This document shows, piece by piece, positions 9,129 through 18,052 of a stretch of 64,000 nucleotides of DNA. The stretch's first letter is position 1; every line of letters begins with the position of its first letter. The notes below the pieces were generated by a model that worked only from the letters and a program-made list of their open reading frames with translations, ran no database searches and was not told where the DNA came from. The translations under genes were made by a program, and so were the position numbers. Origin of the DNA: an uncultured Candidatus Saccharibacteria bacterium (GTDB lineage Bacteria; Patescibacteriota; Saccharimonadia; Saccharimonadales; CAZWFS01); assembly GCA_964633325.1 (NCBI GenBank), contig CAZWFS010000005.1:3313-67312 (forward strand), in the 5' to 3' direction.

Positions 9129-10694
9129 CTATTTAGAAGCGTTTTGGCGGATTTGTTCATGTAATTTATCTATAAAATATTCGCTTGCCAATGGATTGCG
9201 TTTTTCTATCCTATATTCATAGTAGGGATATAGCTTGTCTAGCTCGTCCTTTTTGTTCACTACACCAATCCTATTAATACTCCGTAAAATTTCCCCTTTT
9301 AAATTATTGGCCCAACCTGGTATTACTTCCCTTAGGGCATCCCCCTTATACATACGGCGCTGGGCTATGCCCATAATTGCGGAAATAGTCCATGCCTGCA
9401 TACGTTCCGGCCTATTGGTGCTGTGGATAGTAATGACGTCTTTTCCTTTCTTGGTGCTCTCAGGCCCAAGCAATACACGACCTTTTCCATCTACGTAAAC
9501 GAATTCAAAATATGATCCGCCCTGGTTAGCTACATTAACTATACGGTTTTCAAGTTCTACTGCTAATTCATCAAGGTACTGGCGATGTAAACCTCGCGCA
9601 ATTGCGAAAGTCTCCTTGGGCCACGTAACGAACGATCCATGATAATCCCAAAAAGGGACTAAATCCTGGTGCCGTAACGCCCTGCTGCGTACACCGGCAT
9701 CGGTTAGGAAATCCTGGCTAAAAATATGCCTTACTATTCCGCACGTATAACGGGATCGTTCGTTCTCATTCAAAGAGTCAAATATTGTTGAATCCAACAA
9801 GGCTGCGGCGTTAGCGGTTATAGTTTTAACTAGTCGGGGTTTTCCACCAGGGTCGCAATCCAAGCCAAGCGCGAAATATTCTTCATCTTCCAGCCATAAA
9901 TCATTCAACACTCGCCGTTGCACCTGAAAGGCTAGCTTACGAAGCTGCTTAGATTTTTTGGGCAGGAATTCGGCGGCAAGCTGTAAACTGTCATATACAA
10001 GCCCCTGAACTTCCACGGACACTACATCCTGTTTATGGTCTACACCTTGGCCGTTTTCGTGAATATAGAATTCTACGGAATCTTTCCAAGCTTGGTTCTG
10101 GATACCCCAGGGATTTAGTGCCCGATAGCCGAGAAGTCCGCTTTTAGATACTTGAAGTTTTTTTATTAACCAGTTAATGGCTTCTTCTAAGGCCTTCTTC
10201 ATGGTCACCACACTACCATCAGTTCGCTGGACTCTTTTTCTCAATAACTTATGGTTATGAAGGTGGCAGTATCGACACAGGACTCGGATAAACAACGGTG
10301 TGGAATCTATAGAACCATAGTAAATCATCTCCTTGCTATCACCGCCCCACTTCCGTGAAATTTCTTCGTAAAGCAGCTTTGTCGCACCCTCTCTGGGAAC
10401 GCCATCTATAAGATTGGTAGAGTACTGGTGCATGATTTTGCCTGGTTCTTCCTCGCTGAACATTTCGGTTTTCACGCCCTGGAAGCCAGCTAATATAATT
10501 AGGATTTGTTCTACAAGTTCCGGTTTGATTTCAAGCAAGTCTTCGGCGACCACCAATGAATCACGTCCAAATACAGAACCGTTAAACAGTACGTCAGCAC
10601 TGGCGTAAATTCCTTTTCCAGTCTTAGATGTCACATTGGCAAGGGCTTGTTCGGGTGTTGTTAAACCTTCTGCCACAAAATCTTGAATTACCAT
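9129..10694 (-). CDS. Amylo-alpha-1,6-glucosidase (GDE_C)-like (alpha/alpha)6 glycoside hydrolase
   Basis: The FGRDSLVVAEDLL and EEPGKIMHQY motifs resemble archaeal/bacterial glycogen-debranching-type enzymes. 521 aa. Assigned from memory of the family, not from a search. Confidence 0.55.
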   Translation of the reverse strand: MVIQDFVAEGLTTPEQALANVTSKTGKGIYASADVLFNGSVFGRDSLVVAEDLLEIKPELVEQILIILAGFQGVKTEMFSEEEPGKIMHQYSTNLIDGVPREGATKLLYEEISRKWGGDSKEMIYYGSIDSTPLFIRVLCRYCHLHNHKLLRKRVQRTDGSVVTMKKALEEAINWLIKKLQVSKSGLLGYRALNPWGIQNQAWKDSVEFYIHENGQGVDHKQDVVSVEVQGLVYDSLQLAAEFLPKKSKQLRKLAFQVQRRVLNDLWLEDEEYFALGLDCDPGGKPRLVKTITANAAALLDSTIFDSLNENERSRYTCGIVRHIFSQDFLTDAGVRSRALRHQDLVPFWDYHGSFVTWPKETFAIARGLHRQYLDELAVELENRIVNVANQGGSYFEFVYVDGKGRVLLGPESTKKGKDVITIHSTNRPERMQAWTISAIMGIAQRRMYKGDALREVIPGWANNLKGEILRSINRIGVVNKKDELDKLYPYYEYRIEKRNPLASEYFIDKLHEQIRQNASK

Positions 10695-10710
10695 GGTATG
10701 AATCTTCCTA

Positions 10711-10735
10711 TAAAACTAGTGCTTAAGCACCTAGT
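10711..10735 (-). terminator. Hairpin plus U-tract downstream of fusA (weak intrinsic terminator or attenuator)
   Basis: Gene strand reads ACTAG-G-TGC TTAA GCA-CTAGT followed by TTTTAT. The stem is 8 bp with one bulge and is AT-rich. Confidence 0.35.
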
Positions 10736-10760
10736 ATAGGCAGACGGGACACGAGGTCAA
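10733..10760 (-). promoter_or_regulatory. Candidate internal promoter for the glycosidase gene
   Basis: Gene strand reads TTGACC (10760..10755), a 16-nt spacer, then TATACT (10738..10733). SD AGGAAG lies before the ATG at 10694. Confidence 0.35.
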
Positions 10761-10772
10761 GAGGTTTAAAAA

Positions 10773-12857
10773 TTATTTCGAGGTTTTGGCTATGATGGCT
10801 TCGGTGACATTGGAAGGAACGTCAGCGTAATGGTCAAGTTCCATTGTAGAGCTGGCGCGCCCTTGGGTCATGCTGCGGAGGTTTGTGGTATATCCGAACA
10901 TTTCGCCAAGCGGCACAAAGGCTGTGATAACCTTGATTCCCATACGGTCGTCCATTGATTCCACCCTGCCACGTTTGCTGTTTAGATCACCGATGACGTC
11001 ACCCATATTTTCCTCGGGTGTCACTACTTCCACCTTCATTACGGGCTCTAAAAGGACTGGATTAGCCTTTTTGACCCCTTCTTGCAGTGCCATGCTAGCA
11101 GCGATCTTGAAGGCCATTTCGCTACTGTCAACGTCATGATAGCTGCCGTCGTATAGTTCGGCTTTGATATCCACTACCGGATATCCGGCTAGAACCCCAT
11201 TGTTCATGGCCTCTTTGATGCCCTGCTCTACGGGTTTAATGTATTCGGAAGGGACCACACCGCCTTTGATGGAGTTAATAAATTCGAACCCTTTGCCCTG
11301 TTCGTTCTGGCTAAGTCGCAACCATACATGTCCGTACTGGCCCCTACCGCCCGATTGCCGGATGAATTTGCCTTCTACCTCTACCGCATCTTTTCGTATA
11401 GTTTCTCGGTAAGCGACCTGAGGCTGGCCGATATTTGCTTCCACCGTGAATTCTCGTTTCATACGGTCAACGATTATTTCCAAGTGAAGTTCACCCATGC
11501 CAGATATGATTGTCTGGCCAGTCTCGTCATCCACCCTTATGCGAAAAGTAGGATCTTCTTCTGCTAGTCTTTGCAGCGCTATACCCATTTTTTCTTGGTC
11601 AGCCTTAGTCTTTGGCTCGATAGCTATACTCACAGGAGGTTCTGGGAAAGTAATACTTTCCATGGCGATGGGGTGAGCTGGATCGCACAGGGTATGGCCT
11701 GTAGTTGTCCCTTTCAAGCCCACGACAGCGGCTATGTCACCAGCCGAGACTTCCGTAACATCCTCTCGCTTGTCGGCTTGCATCCGGACAATACGGCCGA
11801 CTCGTTCTTTTTCTCCAGTGCTGGCGTTTAATATGTAGCTTCCAGCTAGTAATTTGCCAGAGTAAATTCGGACGAAACAAAGCTTACCAACAAACGGGTC
11901 AGTGGCGATTTTGAAAGCCAAGCCAGCTAATGGTTCACTGTCCTGCGGCTTACGCTCTATCTCTTCGCCTGTCTTAGGGTTAGTACCCCAGACAGATCCT
12001 TTTTCCATAGGTGAAGGCAGAAAGTCATTTACGGCATCTAGTATTTTCTCTACTATCACTCCGCGGCCATCACCGCCCGATACAGCAAAGAATTGTCCCG
12101 ATAGTACGGCTGCCCTTATGGCATGTTTTACCTCGTCTACTGTTAGGGAATCCTCGCCTTCTTCCAGGTATTTCTCTAGTAACGTGTCATCGTATTCAAC
12201 TGCCGCTTCGAGCAACAACGCCCGATAGCGCAGAGCTTTTTCTTTCATGTCTTCCGGGACTTCGCCTTCTATAAGCTCTTTGTCTGTAAAGTCTTTATAG
12301 GTGTAAGACTTCATAGTTATAAGGTCTACAACACCATTGATGGCCTGCTCAAAACCAATTGGCAAATGTATGGGTAGGGCCCGCTTGTTCAGCCGCGCAT
12401 GGATGCTGTCTAGTGATTTATAAAAGTCACCGCCAGTTTGGTTAATTTTATTGATAAAACAGATCCGAGGCACCCCGTATTTGTCGGCCTGGCGCCAAAC
12501 GGTCTCGCTCTGCGACTCCACTCCCATTTTGCCATCAAAGACTGTAACAGCACCATCCAACACCCTTAGGCTTCGCTCAACCTCAACCGTAAAGTCAATG
12601 TGGCCCGGCGTATCGATGATGTTAATTTTGTGCTCTTTCCAGTAGCACGTAACAGCCGCGGATGTAATGGTAATACCTCGCTCACGTTCCTGGGCCATCC
12701 AGTCAGTAGTGGTCTCTCCCTCGTGTACCGCCCCAATCTTGTGCTTCAATCCAGTTCGGAACAGGATTCCTTCAGTAGCGGTAGTCTTCCCCGCATCAAT
12801 ATGAGCAATAATCCCAATATTACGAACTTTGCCCAACGGTACTTTTTTATCAGCCAT
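10773..12857 (-). CDS. fusA: Elongation factor G
   Basis: AHIDAGKTT and DTPGHIDF motifs; 694 aa. SD AAGGTAGGTGA lies upstream. Confidence 0.99.
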   Translation of the reverse strand: MADKKVPLGKVRNIGIIAHIDAGKTTATEGILFRTGLKHKIGAVHEGETTTDWMAQERERGITITSAAVTCYWKEHKINIIDTPGHIDFTVEVERSLRVLDGAVTVFDGKMGVESQSETVWRQADKYGVPRICFINKINQTGGDFYKSLDSIHARLNKRALPIHLPIGFEQAINGVVDLITMKSYTYKDFTDKELIEGEVPEDMKEKALRYRALLLEAAVEYDDTLLEKYLEEGEDSLTVDEVKHAIRAAVLSGQFFAVSGGDGRGVIVEKILDAVNDFLPSPMEKGSVWGTNPKTGEEIERKPQDSEPLAGLAFKIATDPFVGKLCFVRIYSGKLLAGSYILNASTGEKERVGRIVRMQADKREDVTEVSAGDIAAVVGLKGTTTGHTLCDPAHPIAMESITFPEPPVSIAIEPKTKADQEKMGIALQRLAEEDPTFRIRVDDETGQTIISGMGELHLEIIVDRMKREFTVEANIGQPQVAYRETIRKDAVEVEGKFIRQSGGRGQYGHVWLRLSQNEQGKGFEFINSIKGGVVPSEYIKPVEQGIKEAMNNGVLAGYPVVDIKAELYDGSYHDVDSSEMAFKIAASMALQEGVKKANPVLLEPVMKVEVVTPEENMGDVIGDLNSKRGRVESMDDRMGIKVITAFVPLGEMFGYTTNLRSMTQGRASSTMELDHYADVPSNVTEAIIAKTSK

Positions 12858-12872
12858 TCACCTACCTTACAC

Positions 12873-13226
12873 TTATACGATTAAATTTATACCAAATTCA
12901 GCTTGAAGCGTGGAGGCAACCTCGCCCAACCTATCCGAACACTGGACTTCTGAAGGGCACTCTCTGCGTGAAGATAACACGACGCCATGTTGATTAGTGG
13001 CCGTAGCCCAAGGTACTGATGACTCATCCGCTACCACCTGAACAGCTTCAACAGCATCACGAAGCTCTGTTGGATCCACACCACTAAATTGGACCTGGAT
13101 TTGTCTTCTGCAGCCAGCACAGCCGACATTAACAACGGCAGATCTTGGCAGTACTTCTTTTGGGTGGGAGCGTGGAGGTAAAGCATCAATCCGAGTACTT
13201 GTAAAACTTTCTGTTAGTACGCTCAT
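12873..13226 (-). CDS. Hypothetical 117-aa four-cysteine protein between rpsG and fusA
   Basis: I trimmed the track ORF (12873..13328) to Met35. That ATG lies 4 nt after the rpsG TAA. Contains CAGC and CPSEVQC pairs. GC-rich (about 58% in the sampled line). Confidence 0.45.
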   Translation of the reverse strand: MSVLTESFTSTRIDALPPRSHPKEVLPRSAVVNVGCAGCRRQIQVQFSGVDPTELRDAVEAVQVVADESSVPWATATNQHGVVLSSRRECPSEVQCSDRLGEVASTLQAEFGINLIV

Positions 13227-13230
13227 ATTA

Positions 13231-13710
13231 TTAATACCTGGCGAAGTGAGCAAACGCCCTATTAGCGTCCGCCATCTTATGTGTATCTTCACGTTTCTTA
13301 ACGGCGCTCCCGGCGCTGTTGTAGGCATCGATTAGCTCCAGGGCGATGCGGTCTTCCATGCTCATGCCCTTGCGAGCCCTGGCAGCCGCCACGAACCACA
13401 TCATGGTCAGGTGGATTTGGCGTTGACCACGGACTTCAAATGGGATCTGATAGTTCGCACCACCTACCCTACGCGAACGAGTTTCCATATGCGGGCTGAT
13501 ATTCTTCATAGCCTGATCGAATACTTCCACAGGGTTTTGGACCTTGAGCTTATCTGCCGCCTGCTGCATGCCGTTGTACACCAACCGCTCAGCAAGCTGT
13601 TTCTTGCCGTCCAACATAACTCTGTTAATTAATCTCTGTACCATGACACTGTCATACAACCTGTCAGGCGCTATATCCCGAACTAGTGCTTTAGTCTTCT
13701 TGCGAGGCAT
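13231..13710 (-). CDS. rpsG: 30S ribosomal protein S7
   Basis: [20 protein letters not shown]-terminus and VGGANYQIPFEVR motif. Confidence 0.98.
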   Translation of the reverse strand: MPRKKTKALVRDIAPDRLYDSVMVQRLINRVMLDGKKQLAERLVYNGMQQAADKLKVQNPVEVFDQAMKNISPHMETRSRRVGGANYQIPFEVRGQRQIHLTMMWFVAAARARKGMSMEDRIALELIDAYNSAGSAVKKREDTHKMADANRAFAHFARY

Positions 13711-14123
13711 TATTTACTTTCTTTCTTGGCGCCATATTTACTCCGTCCTTGCTTGCGGTTGCTTACGCCCTGGAGATCAAGGCTTCCGCGAACTATGTGA
13801 TACCGCACACCAGGAAGGTCGGGAACACGGCCGCCACGGACTAACACGACGGCATGCTCTTGTAGGTTGTGGCCTTCACCACCTATGTAAGCCCAAACTT
13901 CATAGCCATTAGTTAGGCGAACCCGCGCCACTTTGCGTAGGGCAGAGTTCGGCTTCTTTGGGGTCTTGGTGGTAACCTTAACACACACACCGCGCTTGAA
14001 TGGAGCGGGCTTCTCGTAATTTCGGGTCTTAAGGTTATTGACAACGCGCTGCAAAGCTGGCGATTTTGACTTACTGTTCACCCTTACTCTTGGCTTACGT
14101 ACTAATTGGTTAATTGTGGGCAA
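13710..14123 (-). CDS. rpsL: 30S ribosomal protein S12
   Basis: [12 protein letters not shown] and [17 protein letters not shown] motifs. The start codon is TTG, with an AGGA SD upstream. Confidence 0.98.
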   Translation of the reverse strand: MPTINQLVRKPRVRVNSKSKSPALQRVVNNLKTRNYEKPAPFKRGVCVKVTTKTPKKPNSALRKVARVRLTNGYEVWAYIGGEGHNLQEHAVVLVRGGRVPDLPGVRYHIVRGSLDLQGVSNRKQGRSKYGAKKESK

Positions 14124-14238
14124 TTTAAATAGTTCCTTTCAGCTGAACGTGAATAAGTTGCTTGGGCGCTACTATTGATGCATCCCTAAGCACGTTTACA
14201 TTTTCCGTTTTCCAAAAATGTGTCAACATGATACTTTA

Positions 14239-17200
14239 TCAGGTTTCCTCATCTGTCGCAACATCATCATGCAACCTTTTATTGGGTAAATAGCCGGTAC
14301 CTACTGGAATCGGACGGCCAAGAATGACATTTTCTTTCAGACCGAAGAGCTTATCAACCTTCCCACTAGTAGCCGCTGCTATCAGCACACGGGTCGTGTC
14401 TTGGAAACTGGCTGCGCTTAGGAAAGAATCGGTACTTAGGCTGGCTTTAGTTATACCAAGTAATAGCTGGTTGTACTTCGCGGGCTGTTTGGCTGAACTT
14501 ACAAGTAGGTCATTTGCCTCTACAACCGCCAATTTGCTGACAATATCACCAGTTACAAATTCGCTTGATCCCGCATCTTCTATCTGTACTCGGCTAAACA
14601 TTTGTCGGACTATGACTTCCAGGTGTTTATCTGCAATCTTCTGGCCTTGGCTGGCAAAAATACGCAAGATATCGTTCATGATATACCGCTGGGTTTGCTC
14701 CACCCCCTGCAGGCGCATAAGTTCATGCAAGTTGATAGAGCCATTGGTCAGACGTTCACCAGCCTGTATTTGATCGCCATCTTTTACGGTTAACTGCTTA
14801 AAGCCAGGGATCTCATAACGCAGGACACTTTGTTCTGTTGGTGTAATAGTGATGGTTTTAGCGGTTACCTTGGCTTTGCCTGCCATAGTTGCAATCAATG
14901 GTTCTCCGCCGTCTTCATTTGACGCAACTACATCTCCTATAGCTACCTCTGTACCAGTTGCTACTTGGGCTTTACGCCCTTTTAGTGCAAGTTCAAGTTT
15001 CTCGTTATCGGCAGCCGTTACTTGTACAACATAGTGGTCGCCGTCTTCCCAGGCGCTTACCATACCCGAAATATCACTTATAAATGCCTGTCCCTTTGGA
15101 GTCCTGACTTCGAATAGTTCCTCTACCCGAGGCAAGCCAGTCGTAATGTCCTCTGACGCGACACCACCACCATGGAATGTACGCAGTGTTAGCTGCGTGC
15201 CAGGTTCCCCTATACTCTGGGCGGCAATTACGCCGACTGGATATCGTTCAGAAACAAGTTCACCAGTTGCCGGATCCAGTCCATATGATTTACGGGCAAT
15301 ACCGCGAGCGCTAGTGCAACTTAGTACACTCAGGATCTTTACTCCGTCAAGGCTTTCGTCGGCACCTATGGTTTCGGCCATTTCAGGCGTGATCAGGTTA
15401 TCGGCTTTGACGTGCTTGCCAATATTTTCGGCAGCGAACCGTCCTTGAAGTCTAGAGGCATAGCTTACCCCTATTTCTTTAGCGTCTGCACGGAAAATCG
15501 CAAAACCAGGATCTGTAACATCTTCTTCGTCCAGCGTGAATACGTCCTGGCTAACGTCTACTAACCTACGGGTCAGATAACCGGAGTCAGCTGTCTTAAG
15601 CGCAGTGTCAATCATACCTTTTCGGGCACCCCTAGTAGCTGTAAAGTACTCTAGCGGAGTCAAACCGCTCTTATAGTTTGACCTAATAGGCAGCTCAATA
15701 GCTTGGCCAGTAGCGTCTGTAACGACTCCCAGCATACCCACCGCGGTCATAACCTGGCCGATATTACCACGCGCACCAGAGATTACGGCTATGGACATTG
15801 AGGTATATTCCTCGGCGAATTGAGCACTTAGGGCTTTTTGCACGTTGGCGACAGTATCCATCCATGTATCTACAGTCAGTCTATATCTTTCCTCGTCAGT
15901 GATGAATCCTTCATCGAATTGCCCGCTTATATTCGTAGCCTTGTCTTCGCCTTCATCTATGATTTTGTCTAGTCCAGCGATGTCGCTGAAGTCGCCCATA
16001 CCCATAGACAGACCTGAGCGGGTAGCGTAATCAAAGCCGAGGTTTTTAAGCTCATCGGCTATTTCTGCAGTTTTAGCCTGACCGTAGCGCTGGTAAACAA
16101 GCGCCATAGCATTGGCTAGCTTCTTCTTGGTCATCGCTTCGTCTAAGAATGGAAAATCGTCCGGAAAAATCTCGTTGAATAGCGCACGACCGAGTGTTGT
16201 CTCCCTAATTTCACCGCGGAACGAAAGCCGGATTTGGTCCTGCAAACCGATCACGCCATTATCCATTGCCATCAGCGCCTCATCTAAGCCTAAGAACGAT
16301 TGGACATGCTTTCTAGTTGTGGGCAATTCATATGTCAGGTAATAGCAGCCCAAAACAATATCTTGTTCTATATGAAGAATTGGCGAGCCGTCGGCCGGTT
16401 TCAGCAAATTCTTGGCCGCTGACATAATGTTGCGTGCTTCATCCTGGGCTGCGTCAGACAACGGAAGGTGTACAGCCATCTGGTCGCCGTCAAAATCGGC
16501 GTTGAAACCTTTACAAACCAGAGGATGCAACTGAATAGCCTTGCCTTCTATTAATACTGGCTGGAAGGCTTGGATACTCAAACGGTGCAAACTTGGGGCC
16601 CTATTAAGAAGGACATATTTACCCTTGATGGCTTCGTCTAGCGCGTCCCATACGGCAATCTCACCTGTCTCTATCATTCTTGTGGCACTGCGTATGTTGT
16701 GGGCGTGTTCATTGGTGATTAAATAACCAATGACGAATGGTTTAAATAGTTCAAGCGCCATCATCTTTGGCAGGCCACATTGATGAATTTTCAGTTCTGG
16801 ACCAGCAACTATCACGGAACGCCCCGAGTAATCCACGCGCTTTCCCAGTAAGTTCTGTCGGAATCGACCTTGCTTACCTTTCAACATATCGCTCAGCGAC
16901 TTTAATCTTCGTCTTTGGCCGGTTGCCGCTACGGCTCGGCCGGATCGAGCGTTATTGTTATCAATAAGCGCGTCAACTGCCTCTTGTAGCATACGCTGTT
17001 CATTCCTGCATATTACTTCCGGAGCGTTCAGATCCATTAACTTCTTCAAGCGGTTGTTTCGGTTTATAACTCTTCTATATAGGTCGTTGAGGTCACTGGT
17101 AGCAAACCGGCCACCGGTTAGTTGCACCATTGGCCTTAAGTCCGGAGGGATGACAGGAAGGATTGAAATACACATCGAGCTTGGCTTGATTCCAGCGCGT

Positions 17201-18051
17201 TCCATACTTTCCAGAAGTCGTAGACGCTTCATAAGTTTCTTTTTTCGCTGGCCCTTTGCTTCTTCAGCCTCAAGTGTTAAATCTGTTATAAGTTGGCTTA
17301 GGTCTATCATCTCCAAGAGGTTTCTCAGGGCAGCGCCGCCCATACCTACCTCAATTAATGCACGCAGTTGATCCGGCAGGTTACGATAATCACCTTCATT
17401 GATCAGCCGTAGCTTCTCTAGTCCCTGGAGTTGCTCCTTAACGGTTTCGTACTCACTGGTGAGCTCTTCTAGTTCTTTGGTCTGCATTTCAACTAGTGTT
17501 TTGACATTTGCGTCTTTGCTTTCAGCTTCTTTTTCAAACCTTAGGCGAATCGCCTCCTTGGCAGCTGTGAACTCTGCTTCTTTATCTAATAGTATCTGAT
17601 CACGTTTTTCAGTTTTCACGCTCTTGATGATATAACTAGCGAAATAAGCAACCCGCTCCAGGTTCTTGACGGTCAAGCCAAGCAGCAAGCCTACTGCAGA
17701 GGGTGTGCCACGTAGAAACCAGATATGTGCTACAGGGACAGCTAGGGTAATGTGGCCCATTCGCTCTCGGCGTACTATGCTACGGGTAACTAATTCACCG
17801 TTTTTATCCACGGCGGCTTCACGAGAACGAACGCCTTTATACTTGGCGTCGTGAGGGTTTATGTCTTTGACTGGTCCGAAGATGCGCTCGCAGAACAAAC
17901 CATCACGTTCAGGCTTTTGGGTTCTGTAATTGATAGTTTCAGGCTTGGTTACTTCCCCGTAGCTCCACTCTTTAATATCATTGGGGCTAGCCACAGCCAG
18001 CCTAACGGCATCAAAATCTGCAATATCGGTTCCGTATGAGTATCTTCGCAT
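14239..18051 (-). CDS. rpoC: DNA-directed RNA polymerase subunit beta-prime
   Basis: NADFDGDQMAVH catalytic motif. I moved the start to Met16 (ATG 18051..18049), 1 nt after the rpoB TAA. The track start at 18096 would overlap rpoB by 44 nt. Confidence 0.98.
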   Translation of the reverse strand: MRRYSYGTDIADFDAVRLAVASPNDIKEWSYGEVTKPETINYRTQKPERDGLFCERIFGPVKDINPHDAKYKGVRSREAAVDKNGELVTRSIVRRERMGHITLAVPVAHIWFLRGTPSAVGLLLGLTVKNLERVAYFASYIIKSVKTEKRDQILLDKEAEFTAAKEAIRLRFEKEAESKDANVKTLVEMQTKELEELTSEYETVKEQLQGLEKLRLINEGDYRNLPDQLRALIEVGMGGAALRNLLEMIDLSQLITDLTLEAEEAKGQRKKKLMKRLRLLESMERAGIKPSSMCISILPVIPPDLRPMVQLTGGRFATSDLNDLYRRVINRNNRLKKLMDLNAPEVICRNEQRMLQEAVDALIDNNNARSGRAVAATGQRRRLKSLSDMLKGKQGRFRQNLLGKRVDYSGRSVIVAGPELKIHQCGLPKMMALELFKPFVIGYLITNEHAHNIRSATRMIETGEIAVWDALDEAIKGKYVLLNRAPSLHRLSIQAFQPVLIEGKAIQLHPLVCKGFNADFDGDQMAVHLPLSDAAQDEARNIMSAAKNLLKPADGSPILHIEQDIVLGCYYLTYELPTTRKHVQSFLGLDEALMAMDNGVIGLQDQIRLSFRGEIRETTLGRALFNEIFPDDFPFLDEAMTKKKLANAMALVYQRYGQAKTAEIADELKNLGFDYATRSGLSMGMGDFSDIAGLDKIIDEGEDKATNISGQFDEGFITDEERYRLTVDTWMDTVANVQKALSAQFAEEYTSMSIAVISGARGNIGQVMTAVGMLGVVTDATGQAIELPIRSNYKSGLTPLEYFTATRGARKGMIDTALKTADSGYLTRRLVDVSQDVFTLDEEDVTDPGFAIFRADAKEIGVSYASRLQGRFAAENIGKHVKADNLITPEMAETIGADESLDGVKILSVLSCTSARGIARKSYGLDPATGELVSERYPVGVIAAQSIGEPGTQLTLRTFHGGGVASEDITTGLPRVEELFEVRTPKGQAFISDISGMVSAWEDGDHYVVQVTAADNEKLELALKGRKAQVATGTEVAIGDVVASNEDGGEPLIATMAGKAKVTAKTITITPTEQSVLRYEIPGFKQLTVKDGDQIQAGERLTNGSINLHELMRLQGVEQTQRYIMNDILRIFASQGQKIADKHLEVIVRQMFSRVQIEDAGSSEFVTGDIVSKLAVVEANDLLVSSAKQPAKYNQLLLGITKASLSTDSFLSAASFQDTTRVLIAAATSGKVDKLFGLKENVILGRPIPVGTGYLPNKRLHDDVATDEET

Positions 18052-18052
18052 C

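Noticed and set aside
12873-13328. The full 151-aa version of the ORF between rpsG and fusA.
   Set aside because: The first 34 codons overlap the 3' end of rpsG in another frame. The internal ATG at 13226, 4 nt after the rpsG stop, is the parsimonious start. The start remains uncertain.
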